Positions 1 to 8,416 of a stretch of DNA of 64,000 nucleotides are shown piece by piece; within the stretch, counting starts at the first letter, position 1, and every line of letters begins with the position of its first letter. The notes under the pieces are model-generated. The model was not told the DNA's origin. It made no database searches and saw only the letters and a program-made list of their open reading frames with translations. A program made the position numbers and the translations under genes. Origin of the DNA: Pseudobdellovibrionaceae bacterium (GTDB taxonomy: Bacteria; Bdellovibrionota; Bdellovibrionia; Bdellovibrionales; Bdellovibrionaceae); NCBI GenBank assembly GCA_016785955.1, contig JAEUWH010000086.1:13561-77560 (forward strand), given 5' to 3'.

Positions 1-2
1 GC

Positions 3-776
3 GTTGTTCTTTCCGCCCTGCGTGGTATGTCCACAATGGGAATGGACGGAATTCAAATAAAAAAAGTTTTCTACGGCGGCGAGCATATCTATGAAGCCGA
101 CAAAATCGAATTGCGAGAAAAGTTTGGCGTCGAAGTCATCGGCGCACCAGGATACGGCACCGTAGACACCTGGTACATTGGTTATCAATGTTTGCACTCT
201 CCCACCGGAACATTTCATGCTCACGATGACCAGTGCTATATCGAAATTTTCGATGAAGACGAAAACAAACACGTCTCGGGCGAAGGCGTCGGTATGCTGT
301 ACGCCACACCCATGGTTCGTCGTCTGACACCCATTGTGCGCTATCGCGTGGGCGACCGCGCACAATGGCTGGAAACTCCCTGTGAGTGCGGTCGACAAAC
401 GCCTCGATTTCGCTTGCTGGGACGTGGTGATGATGTCCTTCGCATCGGTTATGATTCCGTCGACTATAATTTTATCCAAACCATTGTGGCTCAGTTCAAA
501 GAACTGTCAGGCACAATCCAAATGCAAAAACAACGCGTAGACGGTCGCGATCAATTGGTCATCCTGATTGAAACGGAAAGTAAAAATCATAGTCATCTGG
601 CACAACAAATCGCCGACGAAATTACAAATAACCGTCCCACTTTGCGGGATCATGTGAAAAAACAAACGGTATGGCCGGTTCACGTTCACCTGGTCGCACC
701 ACATACCATCGAGCGCAATGTCCGCACCGGAAAATTGATTCGCGTGAAAGATGCCGTACAGGAAAAGCATAAATAA
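3..776 (+). CDS. PaaK / coenzyme F390 synthetase-like adenylate-forming ligase, C-terminal part (5' end lies outside the window)
   Basis: The frame is open to the window edge. C-terminal ANL/PaaK-type motifs are PIVRYRVGDRA, CECGR, LLGRGDDVLRIG and terminal RTGKLIRVKD. They parallel PLVRYEIGDRA, CPCGS, YLGRDDIFCVG and RSGKIKQVID in ORF 3340..5964. Confidence 0.7.
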   Translation, partial: VVLSALRGMSTMGMDGIQIKKVFYGGEHIYEADKIELREKFGVEVIGAPGYGTVDTWYIGYQCLHSPTGTFHAHDDQCYIEIFDEDENKHVSGEGVGMLYATPMVRRLTPIVRYRVGDRAQWLETPCECGRQTPRFRLLGRGDDVLRIGYDSVDYNFIQTIVAQFKELSGTIQMQKQRVDGRDQLVILIETESKNHSHLAQQIADEITNNRPTLRDHVKKQTVWPVHVHLVAPHTIERNVRTGKLIRVKDAVQEKHK

Positions 777-777
777 T

Positions 778-2217
778 ATGGATAACATGGATAAAAAGCA
801 CGCTCAGTTAAGCATCCCTCCCTGTAGGACATACTTGTCGGCGGCTTCTGATTTTATCGCCATGACCGGTAAAGAAGTCGGCTTGTCAGCCGCCTCTAAC
901 GAAGTGCTTTTTAAATCCTGCCGATTTCTACTGAATGAACTTATGCTGAATTCTGAACGAGGAACCTTCAGCGACTACATTAAAATAGATATTCACAATA
1001 ACACCGATGAACTGAAAGTAGAAATTTTAAATAAAAACCTGCCACTGCCAACCGATTTCGGACAATATGCCCGCACATTGGACCTGCCCAATGTACACAT
1101 TGAAAATTTAGGTCCCGGTGGACAAAAATTAATTTTCAATATGCGATTGGAAAAATCGTACCTATCAGAAAAAGAACCCGCACCGATGGTGACCCCAGAT
1201 ACAAAAATAAATATTCGCCCCCTCAAAGATGGTGAAGAAGCCAAACTCACCGAGCTATTTTTCAACGTCTACGGTTACAACTACATCCATCAATATGTTT
1301 ATTATCCCGAACAAATTAAAGAACGTCGCAAAAACGGCGATTTGATTTGCATCGTCGGCGTCGATGATCACCATAACCTCTTAGGACATGTCGCACTTGT
1401 TCGACTGAATACCAACCCCGTGGTTTACGAAGCGGCGTTAGGCGTTGTCGATCCCCGCATTAAATCCCGTGGTCTATTCACCCAAATATTTGAAAGCACC
1501 ATGGAACACTCCAAAAGCCTGACGATGTCTTACTGCATTTTTGACTTCGTCACCAATCACGATTTCACCCAAAAGCTGGTCTCACGCTATGGCTCCGTAG
1601 ACATGGCTTTATTGATTGGCTGCCAATCCAAAGAAAATCAGGCCAGCTTAGCTCGTCTTGGATTAGGTCAAGACCCGGATGAAATGGATCGTTACAGTTT
1701 ACTGCTATCACTCTCTCCACGCCAAGCTCACCCATTCGGTCAAATGATTTCACTGCCCACTCACATAGGAGAAAACTTCAGCACCGTACTGCAATCCTTG
1801 GGACTTACCTGGCAACCGTCCCCACGGTTTGATCACTTGGGCCGCGACGGCGAATTCTTGGCGCACCGGCAACCCTCGCAAAAAGCAATTATTTTTGATT
1901 TATACAAACCAGGACGGGCGGCACTCCAACGAATGGTGAATGTGTGGCAGCAGCTTGTTCGCGAGGGTTATCAATATGCTGGTGTTAATGTACCCATATC
2001 TGCACCGGGGTTAGCCTATGTTTATGATTTCCTTTCTACAAAAGGTTTTTTTATCGGCGGTTTAATACCGTATCGAAATAGTCACGAATTGGGTTTTCGT
2101 TTTCAAGCTTTAGGTCCCACGCGTGTGGGGTTCGATCAAATCAAAGTTTACACACATACCAGCCAACAACTTCTTCGTGCCGTTAAGGACGATTTTTTAA
2201 GGAATACTTTGATATGA
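778..2217 (+). CDS. GNAT-like acyltransferase family protein with an extra N-terminal domain (loosely SpoIIAB/RsbW-like) and a C-terminal domain of unknown function
   Basis: The ATG lies 1 nt after the upstream stop; an alternative ATG at 751 overlaps it. The central segment INIRPLKDGEE...LLGHVALVRL...VVDPRIKSRGLFTQIF looks GNAT-like. The assignment is by eye only. Confidence 0.5.
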   Translation: MDNMDKKHAQLSIPPCRTYLSAASDFIAMTGKEVGLSAASNEVLFKSCRFLLNELMLNSERGTFSDYIKIDIHNNTDELKVEILNKNLPLPTDFGQYARTLDLPNVHIENLGPGGQKLIFNMRLEKSYLSEKEPAPMVTPDTKINIRPLKDGEEAKLTELFFNVYGYNYIHQYVYYPEQIKERRKNGDLICIVGVDDHHNLLGHVALVRLNTNPVVYEAALGVVDPRIKSRGLFTQIFESTMEHSKSLTMSYCIFDFVTNHDFTQKLVSRYGSVDMALLIGCQSKENQASLARLGLGQDPDEMDRYSLLLSLSPRQAHPFGQMISLPTHIGENFSTVLQSLGLTWQPSPRFDHLGRDGEFLAHRQPSQKAIIFDLYKPGRAALQRMVNVWQQLVREGYQYAGVNVPISAPGLAYVYDFLSTKGFFIGGLIPYRNSHELGFRFQALGPTRVGFDQIKVYTHTSQQLLRAVKDDFLRNTLI

Positions 2218-3338
2218 AAAATCTCTTTCCCGCCAGCGAACAAATAAGTCGAATTAAAAATCCACTGACGTGGACCCAGGAAAAAAACAAGCTCTTTGTG
2301 GAAGCATGCCGGGAAATGGCAGAGTTTCACTTGGCTCAATCCCCGGATATTCAGTCACTTTACGCACAAAAAAAATTTCACCCCTCGCATTTGCAAACCT
2401 TGGAAGATCTTGTGCATCTGCCCTCGATCGGCGTTCAAGCCATGAAATACTTTTTGCTGCTGTCGCAGCCAGAGTCTAAATCCTGTCTGCGCCTGACATC
2501 TTCAGGAACAAATGGACAGAAGACTCAAATATGGTTTGACGAGGGCAGTCTCCAACGTGTTCAAGCTATGCTGGATGGCCTGTGGGACCAATTTGGTTTG
2601 GTCAGCACTCGGCCGACTAACTATTTGATGATGGTCTACGACCCAAAATCGGCTGAAGATTTAGGAATCGCGTTTTCGATTCGCAATCAACAACGATTTG
2701 CTCCCAAGAAATCTGAATTTTTTGCTTTGCAAAAAAACTCGAGTACACAGTGGGAATTTATGATCGATGGCTGCATCGAAACGCTGTTAAAATATTCACA
2801 CGAAGGCTTGCCTGTGCGTATTTGCGGAATCCCCAGTTTTATCCACGATCTCACTGTGGCAATGAAGGCGCCGATTTCTTTGCCTGCGGGCAGCTATATT
2901 TTGACCGGCGGAGGTTGGAAAGCCGCTGAAGGAAAAAAAATCTCGAAAGAACAATTTCGCAAAGAGCTGTCTGAAAAATTGGGAATTCCAGAAGAAAATA
3001 TTCGTGATGGCTATGGAATGGCAGAACATAGCGCTCCGTACATGGAATGCACGCACCACCGATTTCACATCCCCGTGTACAATCGCATCCTCGTACGTGA
3101 TCCCGAAACTATGCACGCATTACCCTGTGGTCGAATCGGTCTATTGGAGCTGATCACACCGTTTAATACCATGATGCCCAACCTATCTGTCTTATCAACC
3201 GACCTAGGCTATATCGATACGGAACCCTGCCCCTGCGGTCTGACCTCGGATACCTTTACGCTCGTAGGACGAGGGGGATTAGTGAAACACAAAGGCTGCG
3301 CTATCACCGCGGCGGAACTTACCAAAAAGGAGACCTAA
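2214..3338 (+). CDS. LuxE-like acyl-protein synthetase (ANL superfamily)
   Basis: ATGA start/stop overlap with the upstream gene. P-loop-like TSSGTNGQKT and GYGMAEHS are present. A near-C-terminal Cys362 (KHKGCAI) sits where LuxE carries its acylated cysteine. The length of 374 aa is LuxE-like. Confidence 0.75.
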   Translation: MKNLFPASEQISRIKNPLTWTQEKNKLFVEACREMAEFHLAQSPDIQSLYAQKKFHPSHLQTLEDLVHLPSIGVQAMKYFLLLSQPESKSCLRLTSSGTNGQKTQIWFDEGSLQRVQAMLDGLWDQFGLVSTRPTNYLMMVYDPKSAEDLGIAFSIRNQQRFAPKKSEFFALQKNSSTQWEFMIDGCIETLLKYSHEGLPVRICGIPSFIHDLTVAMKAPISLPAGSYILTGGGWKAAEGKKISKEQFRKELSEKLGIPEENIRDGYGMAEHSAPYMECTHHRFHIPVYNRILVRDPETMHALPCGRIGLLELITPFNTMMPNLSVLSTDLGYIDTEPCPCGLTSDTFTLVGRGGLVKHKGCAITAAELTKKET

Positions 3339-3339
3339 C

Positions 3340-5964
3340 ATGCGTTATTTTTTTGGTGAATGGAAATCAGCGGATGAAAAACTGACGACAGAAGACATTC
3401 AGCACTTGGTCATGCTTGGTCAGGAACGCGCAAAAGCGATGTCGAAATATCCAATGGATCGCATTTTTTCCGTGCTCGAGCGACTGAGTCGATTGTGGGC
3501 CGATCCCAATTACGAAGGACGCAAACAAGCGCTGGAAATGTTGCCAAAAGAAACTGGTTTTTCTGCCGAGATGACTGCTTTAGCCTTGCATGAACTGCCA
3601 AAATTACTGAACCCACACGCCCTTGAAAAAAAATTAAAAACAGAACTCCGCGGCCTGCCACCCATCGGGGAAGAACATTATCAATTTGAAACTCAAACTG
3701 GGCTTTCGTGGCGCCCCTTGGGATTGGTCGTACACATACTGGCCGGCAACGTGTTCCTTGGCGGTCCCGGTTCTTGGTTGGAAGGACTCGTTACCAAAAA
3801 TGCGAATATTCTTAAAATGTCATCCGGAGAAAAAGTATTTCTACCCTTGTTTATTCGCTCGCTCCAAGAGGTGGATCATGACGGCGTTATTTCACGCGCT
3901 GTCGCACTGATAGACTTTTCATCTTCCGAAGAAAAAATCATTCAAACGTTAAAATCAGCCGCAGACGCCATAGTTGTTTGGGGCGGCGAACAGGCTGTGA
4001 AAGCCTATCAAAAAGATCTGCCACTGCACACCCGCTTGATCGCATTTGGCCCCAAGCTGAGTTTTTCGTTGATCTCCAGAAAGGGCATCTCAACAGCCAC
4101 ACTAGAGACCGTGGCTCAACATCTAGCAGACGATATCAGTATTTGGGATCAAAATGCCTGCACAGCTCCGCAATTGGTATACATAGAGAATGCCGAACTC
4201 GCTGTTCCTTTGGCGCAGGCACTGGGCCGTCACCTTCAAAAAAAAGCAACACTTTTGCCGGCGGGTCCCGCTGATTTGCAAACCGCCGTTGAAATTCGCA
4301 AACTCCGCACGGTCGCCGAGATCGCCGCAGCCCGGGGACACGGTTTTCTAGCCGCTTCAGAAAGAAACTTGGACTACACCGTGACGGTCGATTCGCAAAC
4401 AGCCATCACTGCGTCGCCTTTGCATCGAACAATTCGAATTGTTCCGGTCACAAATTTAGATGTCGTTTATACCGAAATGGAAAAACTAAAAGGGTTTCTA
4501 CAAAGCGTCGGCGTACAGGCTGATCTCAGTGAACATATGTCGATTCACCATCATTTAGCTTACGCCGGAGCCACACGCATTGTAGACATCGGCTCGATGG
4601 CCAACAGCGAAATTGATGATCCTCATGATGGACAATACGACTTATCGCAGTTTGTACATATCATCACCCACCGCTTAAAAAAACCGGATTCGATTGCCTC
4701 AACCGCCGATATTTATGAACCAGCTCATTTCCAGCAGCTACTGGATCAACGATTTCGTCATCTGATTCAACACATTGACTTGAATCAGCACGGTGGTTTT
4801 AGTGAACTCAAAGACAAAATCAACGACATCAGGGACATCGTTCAATTGCCGATAATGCTCAACCAAACTCCTAGCCACATTCCTAAGCAGCTTCATGCTC
4901 CCATCGGGGGCTATGTCACCCGCAGTGGTGGATCCACCGGCGAGCCTAAATATTCTATATACGATGGTGCAGATTGGGAACGTATGATTGCCAGCGCTGT
5001 TCCCGTTTTTCATGCCATGGGCTTACGCCGCGGCGATCGTGTCGCCAACTGTTTTATGGCGGGCGATTTGTATGGCAGCTTTGTATCGTTTGATCACATT
5101 AATGTACGGGTCGGTCTTTTGACATTTGGCTTTGCGGGACACGTTACTCCGGAATTCTTCGCGCAGTCCTATAAAAAAGTAGGATTCAACGTGGTTCAAG
5201 GCGTGCCCGCCAAAATTTTACCACTCCTTCGCCAAGCCAAGCAAATTGTACCCGAATTGAAAATTGAAAAAATCATGTACGCCGGCGCCCCCATGAGTGA
5301 TCGCGATCGCGATTGGTTGAAATCAGAATTAGGTGTATCCCGCATAGGATCGGTCATTGGAGCTAACGATGGCGGGCAATTTGCGTTTCAGTGTTCACAC
5401 CAGTCCGGTCGTTTGCACCACACGATTGACGATTTTAACTATGTAGAAATCGTCAACGATCAAGGTCAGCCTGTTCCTGACGGCGAGCCCGGTCGAATTT
5501 TGATCACCAGTTTGCTCAAATACAATTTCCCATTAGTTCGCTATGAGATCGGAGATCGAGCGCGCATCGTTCCTGGAAAATGCCCATGTGGCAGCCAACG
5601 TCGCGTGGTCGAGTATTTAGGCCGCGATGATATCTTTTGTGTCGGGATGCTGAACTTTTCGTTCGAAGATTGTCGAAAGATTCTGACTCTATTCGAAACC
5701 TCCGATGCACAAATTCATATTAAATCCGTTAACGGTCAAGACCTGTTGATCATCAATGTCGAAAGTACGTCCTCGAACCCAACATTGGCTGCTGATCTGC
5801 GGGCCGCTCTACTTGAAAATATGGGGAAGCTTAAAGAACGATTGAATGAAGGCGCTTTAGATTTGATGGTGAATGTTTTTTCCATCGGTGAAATTACGCG
5901 TGACAAACGTTCAGGAAAAATAAAGCAAGTCATCGATGAACGCATCACTGGAGACGTAAAATGA
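3340..5964 (+). CDS. Fusion protein: N-terminal LuxC-like acyl-CoA/acyl-protein reductase and C-terminal PaaK-like adenylate-forming ligase
   Basis: A GGAG RBS precedes an ATG 1 nt after the luxE-like stop. The N-terminal half has HILAGNVFLGG, NILKMSSGE and WDQNACTAPQ (Cys274, nt 4159-4161), an ALDH/LuxC-type nucleophile context. The C-terminal half has SGGSTGEPK (nt 4924-4950), YEIGDRA, CPCGS and RSGKIKQVIDER. Confidence 0.75.
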   Translation: MRYFFGEWKSADEKLTTEDIQHLVMLGQERAKAMSKYPMDRIFSVLERLSRLWADPNYEGRKQALEMLPKETGFSAEMTALALHELPKLLNPHALEKKLKTELRGLPPIGEEHYQFETQTGLSWRPLGLVVHILAGNVFLGGPGSWLEGLVTKNANILKMSSGEKVFLPLFIRSLQEVDHDGVISRAVALIDFSSSEEKIIQTLKSAADAIVVWGGEQAVKAYQKDLPLHTRLIAFGPKLSFSLISRKGISTATLETVAQHLADDISIWDQNACTAPQLVYIENAELAVPLAQALGRHLQKKATLLPAGPADLQTAVEIRKLRTVAEIAAARGHGFLAASERNLDYTVTVDSQTAITASPLHRTIRIVPVTNLDVVYTEMEKLKGFLQSVGVQADLSEHMSIHHHLAYAGATRIVDIGSMANSEIDDPHDGQYDLSQFVHIITHRLKKPDSIASTADIYEPAHFQQLLDQRFRHLIQHIDLNQHGGFSELKDKINDIRDIVQLPIMLNQTPSHIPKQLHAPIGGYVTRSGGSTGEPKYSIYDGADWERMIASAVPVFHAMGLRRGDRVANCFMAGDLYGSFVSFDHINVRVGLLTFGFAGHVTPEFFAQSYKKVGFNVVQGVPAKILPLLRQAKQIVPELKIEKIMYAGAPMSDRDRDWLKSELGVSRIGSVIGANDGGQFAFQCSHQSGRLHHTIDDFNYVEIVNDQGQPVPDGEPGRILITSLLKYNFPLVRYEIGDRARIVPGKCPCGSQRRVVEYLGRDDIFCVGMLNFSFEDCRKILTLFETSDAQIHIKSVNGQDLLIINVESTSSNPTLAADLRAALLENMGKLKERLNEGALDLMVNVFSIGEITRDKRSGKIKQVIDERITGDVK

Positions 5965-7109
5965 GCTTACATTTCACGTCGCGCGTCGCCACCGAAGCCG
6001 ATGTTTTTGAATTGATGAAAGTTTGGCATTTGGATTCCAACACCCAAAGAGATGAAGATGTATTCATCAATCTTGCCGATTTTAGAAAATCATTGAATGA
6101 CCCTCAAACGTTTTGGTTATTGTTGATTAACGAGGGCCAGATTGACGGTTTTGTGTGGGCTTTGATTGATTCCGACCAAAAGCTGGCCAAGGTCAAACGT
6201 GCGTGCGTGAAACAAGATGTCTCTGGTGGTCGCGATCAGAGGATTTTTTGGCTTGTTCAAGAATTGGTGCAAGCTCTGAAAAAACACATGCCCACTTTGG
6301 AAGTCTTGTACACAACCATGCGTCCATTGGCATACCAAACGGATGTCTTGCGCGACTTAGGATTTCGTGTTTTGGGAATTTTTCCTAATGGAAAAGAAAT
6401 CGACAGTTCCCTGGTGAATTCACTGGAAACCTATTTTTATGATAATGTGCTAGAAAAAAATCGTCCGGCGGAACTGACTCTACATCCACTTTTAATGCCT
6501 TTGTACGACATTGTCCGGCAAGAATGTATATTACCGAAAGTCACCGAGTATCAAGGTGATCTTTCGACCATTCGGGAATTTGAAGTTCTTCCTAAGCTAG
6601 ATATCCTGAAAGCGCCCAGTTTTGTCGCCCACCGATTTGAAAAATTGCGCAGCCGTCAGTCTTTGTCTTCACAATTTTATCCGTTTCATGCACCAAATGC
6701 ATTGATCACCGATTTGAACCAATCCATCGAAGTCTTTGTAAAAATATTTACAGAAACATCCATGGCCACAATCGTGGGCGAAAGACTCGAACTTGGGGTC
6801 AATCCGATTGATCTTTATAAAAATGTCGCTCGCATTCTGCGCGAACATGGTATCTTGTACGTTGAAATGATTAACGATGCCGCTGATGCCTTAGGTACAG
6901 AAGCCTTGATTCAAGCTGGTTATTTGCCCTGTGCCTACTTCCCCGCATTGAAAAAACAAAACAATGTCCGTCGTGACTATGTCGTTTTCGCCCGCTCGTT
7001 TGAAAATTTCTTTTACCCCGATTTGGGAAACATTGCTCCGGTATACCGTCAGTATTTAAAACAATACTATGAATATGAAAAACTAGTTTTCCACCGATTT
7101 ATTAAGTAG
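5961..7109 (+). CDS. GNAT-like protein with a C-terminal domain resembling that of ORF 778..2217
   Basis: ATGA overlap with the upstream stop. The N-terminus (RVATEADVFELMKVW...VKQDVSGGRDQRIFWLVQELVQ) is acetyltransferase-like. The C-terminal pattern HGILYVEMIND...LIQAGYLPCAYFP echoes EGYQYAGVNVP...LSTKGFFIGGLIP of ORF 778..2217. Confidence 0.45.
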   Translation: MSLHFTSRVATEADVFELMKVWHLDSNTQRDEDVFINLADFRKSLNDPQTFWLLLINEGQIDGFVWALIDSDQKLAKVKRACVKQDVSGGRDQRIFWLVQELVQALKKHMPTLEVLYTTMRPLAYQTDVLRDLGFRVLGIFPNGKEIDSSLVNSLETYFYDNVLEKNRPAELTLHPLLMPLYDIVRQECILPKVTEYQGDLSTIREFEVLPKLDILKAPSFVAHRFEKLRSRQSLSSQFYPFHAPNALITDLNQSIEVFVKIFTETSMATIVGERLELGVNPIDLYKNVARILREHGILYVEMINDAADALGTEALIQAGYLPCAYFPALKKQNNVRRDYVVFARSFENFFYPDLGNIAPVYRQYLKQYYEYEKLVFHRFIK

Positions 7110-7121
7110 GCAGCAACAGTA

Positions 7122-8336
7122 TCAATGTTGATTTGATGCCTGTAGCGCCTTGCGAACAAGAATCAGTGACAACGCCGAAATGGCCGCCGCTAAGTAGTAG
7201 GGAGCTCCCAAAAAAAAGCTATTGGGCTGGTTGACGCCCCAATTGAACGTGTGCGTGTAAATGACCGGAGCCAAGATCGAGGTCACACTAGCGACGGAAA
7301 CCAGTCCTCCTTGCAACTCCCCTTGGTAATGGGCATCTACCTTCTTGGTCATCAGTGATTGAAGGCACGGCATCGATAAGCCTTGAAGTGCCGATAACAC
7401 CATGATCGCGTAGACCATCCATCCGTCAGGCGCCAAGCCATACAGCAAAAACCCCACAGCATTAAAGAAAATACCGATGATCAGAGACTTATGTTCTCCC
7501 CAGAGGGGTACTAGTTTTTTAGTAAAAATAGACTGACTCATTCCATAAATCAATCCCACAAAGCTCAACGAGACGCCCACCTGAATGGAATTCCAATCAA
7601 ATTTTTCCTCGGTATATAAAGTCCATATACTAGGATGAGAGTTACCGGCCAAGAAAAGAAGTGCGTAGGTACACACGAATATCGCCATGCCGGGAATTTT
7701 CAATGTGTTCATAATGGTCGTGAATGGATTTAATTTTCTAATTTGAATGACCCGGCGATTTTCTGGTTTCAATGACTCGGGTAATATAAAAATTCCAAAC
7801 AGGAAATTTAAAATATTTAAAACGGCCGCCCCGATAAATGGCATTTGCGGTCCAAAGTGTCCTAACAAACCACCCATAATCGGCCCAGCAATAAAACCGA
7901 TGCCAAATGCAGCCCCGACTAAACCAAAATTGGCCGATCGATTTGAATCATCCGAAATATCCGCGATATAAGAGTTCGCCACGGTCATACTGGCGCCAGT
8001 TAATCCCGAAACCACACGCCCAATAAATAACAAAGGCAACGTTGGTGCAAACGCCATAAAAATATAATCAAGCCCTGCCCCCAATAGTGATCCAAGTAAT
8101 ATCGGTCGCCGTCCATATTGATCGGAAAGACCACCTAAAATAGGCGAGGCTACAAATTGCATGATGGCATAGGTCGCAATAAAGTAGCCAAATAACTCGG
8201 AAACTTCGCCGGGGTCTGTGACAAATCTCCTAATCACGTCTGGCAATACCGGCATGATCAATCCGATACCGATCATATCTAAGACAATAGTAGCAAAAAT
8301 AAAGTATATGGCTTTTTTACTGCGGGGTGAATTCAT
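7122..8336 (-). CDS. MFS transporter, TetA/TCR-like 12-TM drug:H+ antiporter family
   Basis: Motif A GGLSDQYGRRPILL. The N-terminus IYFIFATIVLDMIGIGLIMPVLPD is typical of the TetA-class family. The protein is hydrophobic throughout. Confidence 0.85.
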   Translation of the reverse strand: MNSPRSKKAIYFIFATIVLDMIGIGLIMPVLPDVIRRFVTDPGEVSELFGYFIATYAIMQFVASPILGGLSDQYGRRPILLGSLLGAGLDYIFMAFAPTLPLLFIGRVVSGLTGASMTVANSYIADISDDSNRSANFGLVGAAFGIGFIAGPIMGGLLGHFGPQMPFIGAAVLNILNFLFGIFILPESLKPENRRVIQIRKLNPFTTIMNTLKIPGMAIFVCTYALLFLAGNSHPSIWTLYTEEKFDWNSIQVGVSLSFVGLIYGMSQSIFTKKLVPLWGEHKSLIIGIFFNAVGFLLYGLAPDGWMVYAIMVLSALQGLSMPCLQSLMTKKVDAHYQGELQGGLVSVASVTSILAPVIYTHTFNWGVNQPNSFFLGAPYYLAAAISALSLILVRKALQASNQH

Positions 8337-8386
8337 TCAACAAGTATTTCTTATACAGGCACAGAGATCAAGTAAATCGACCTATA

Positions 8387-8414
8387 GGTAATGACCAGAT
8401 AAGTTGGTAATGAC
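8387..8414 (+). repeat. Two direct copies of GGTAATGAC (8387-8395 and 8406-8414); the second is embedded in GTTGGTAATGACA
   Basis: Read directly from the sequence. It lies between the motB stop (8417) and the MFS start (8336). The same core recurs at 16725..16738 (reverse orientation) and 39880..39893. Confidence 0.8.
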
Positions 8415-8416
8415 AG

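Noticed and set aside
7122-8336. Calling the MFS gene an acquired tetracycline-resistance determinant.
   Set aside because: Only family-level motifs are visible. There are no flanking mobile-element genes, no tetR and no compositional break that I can see.
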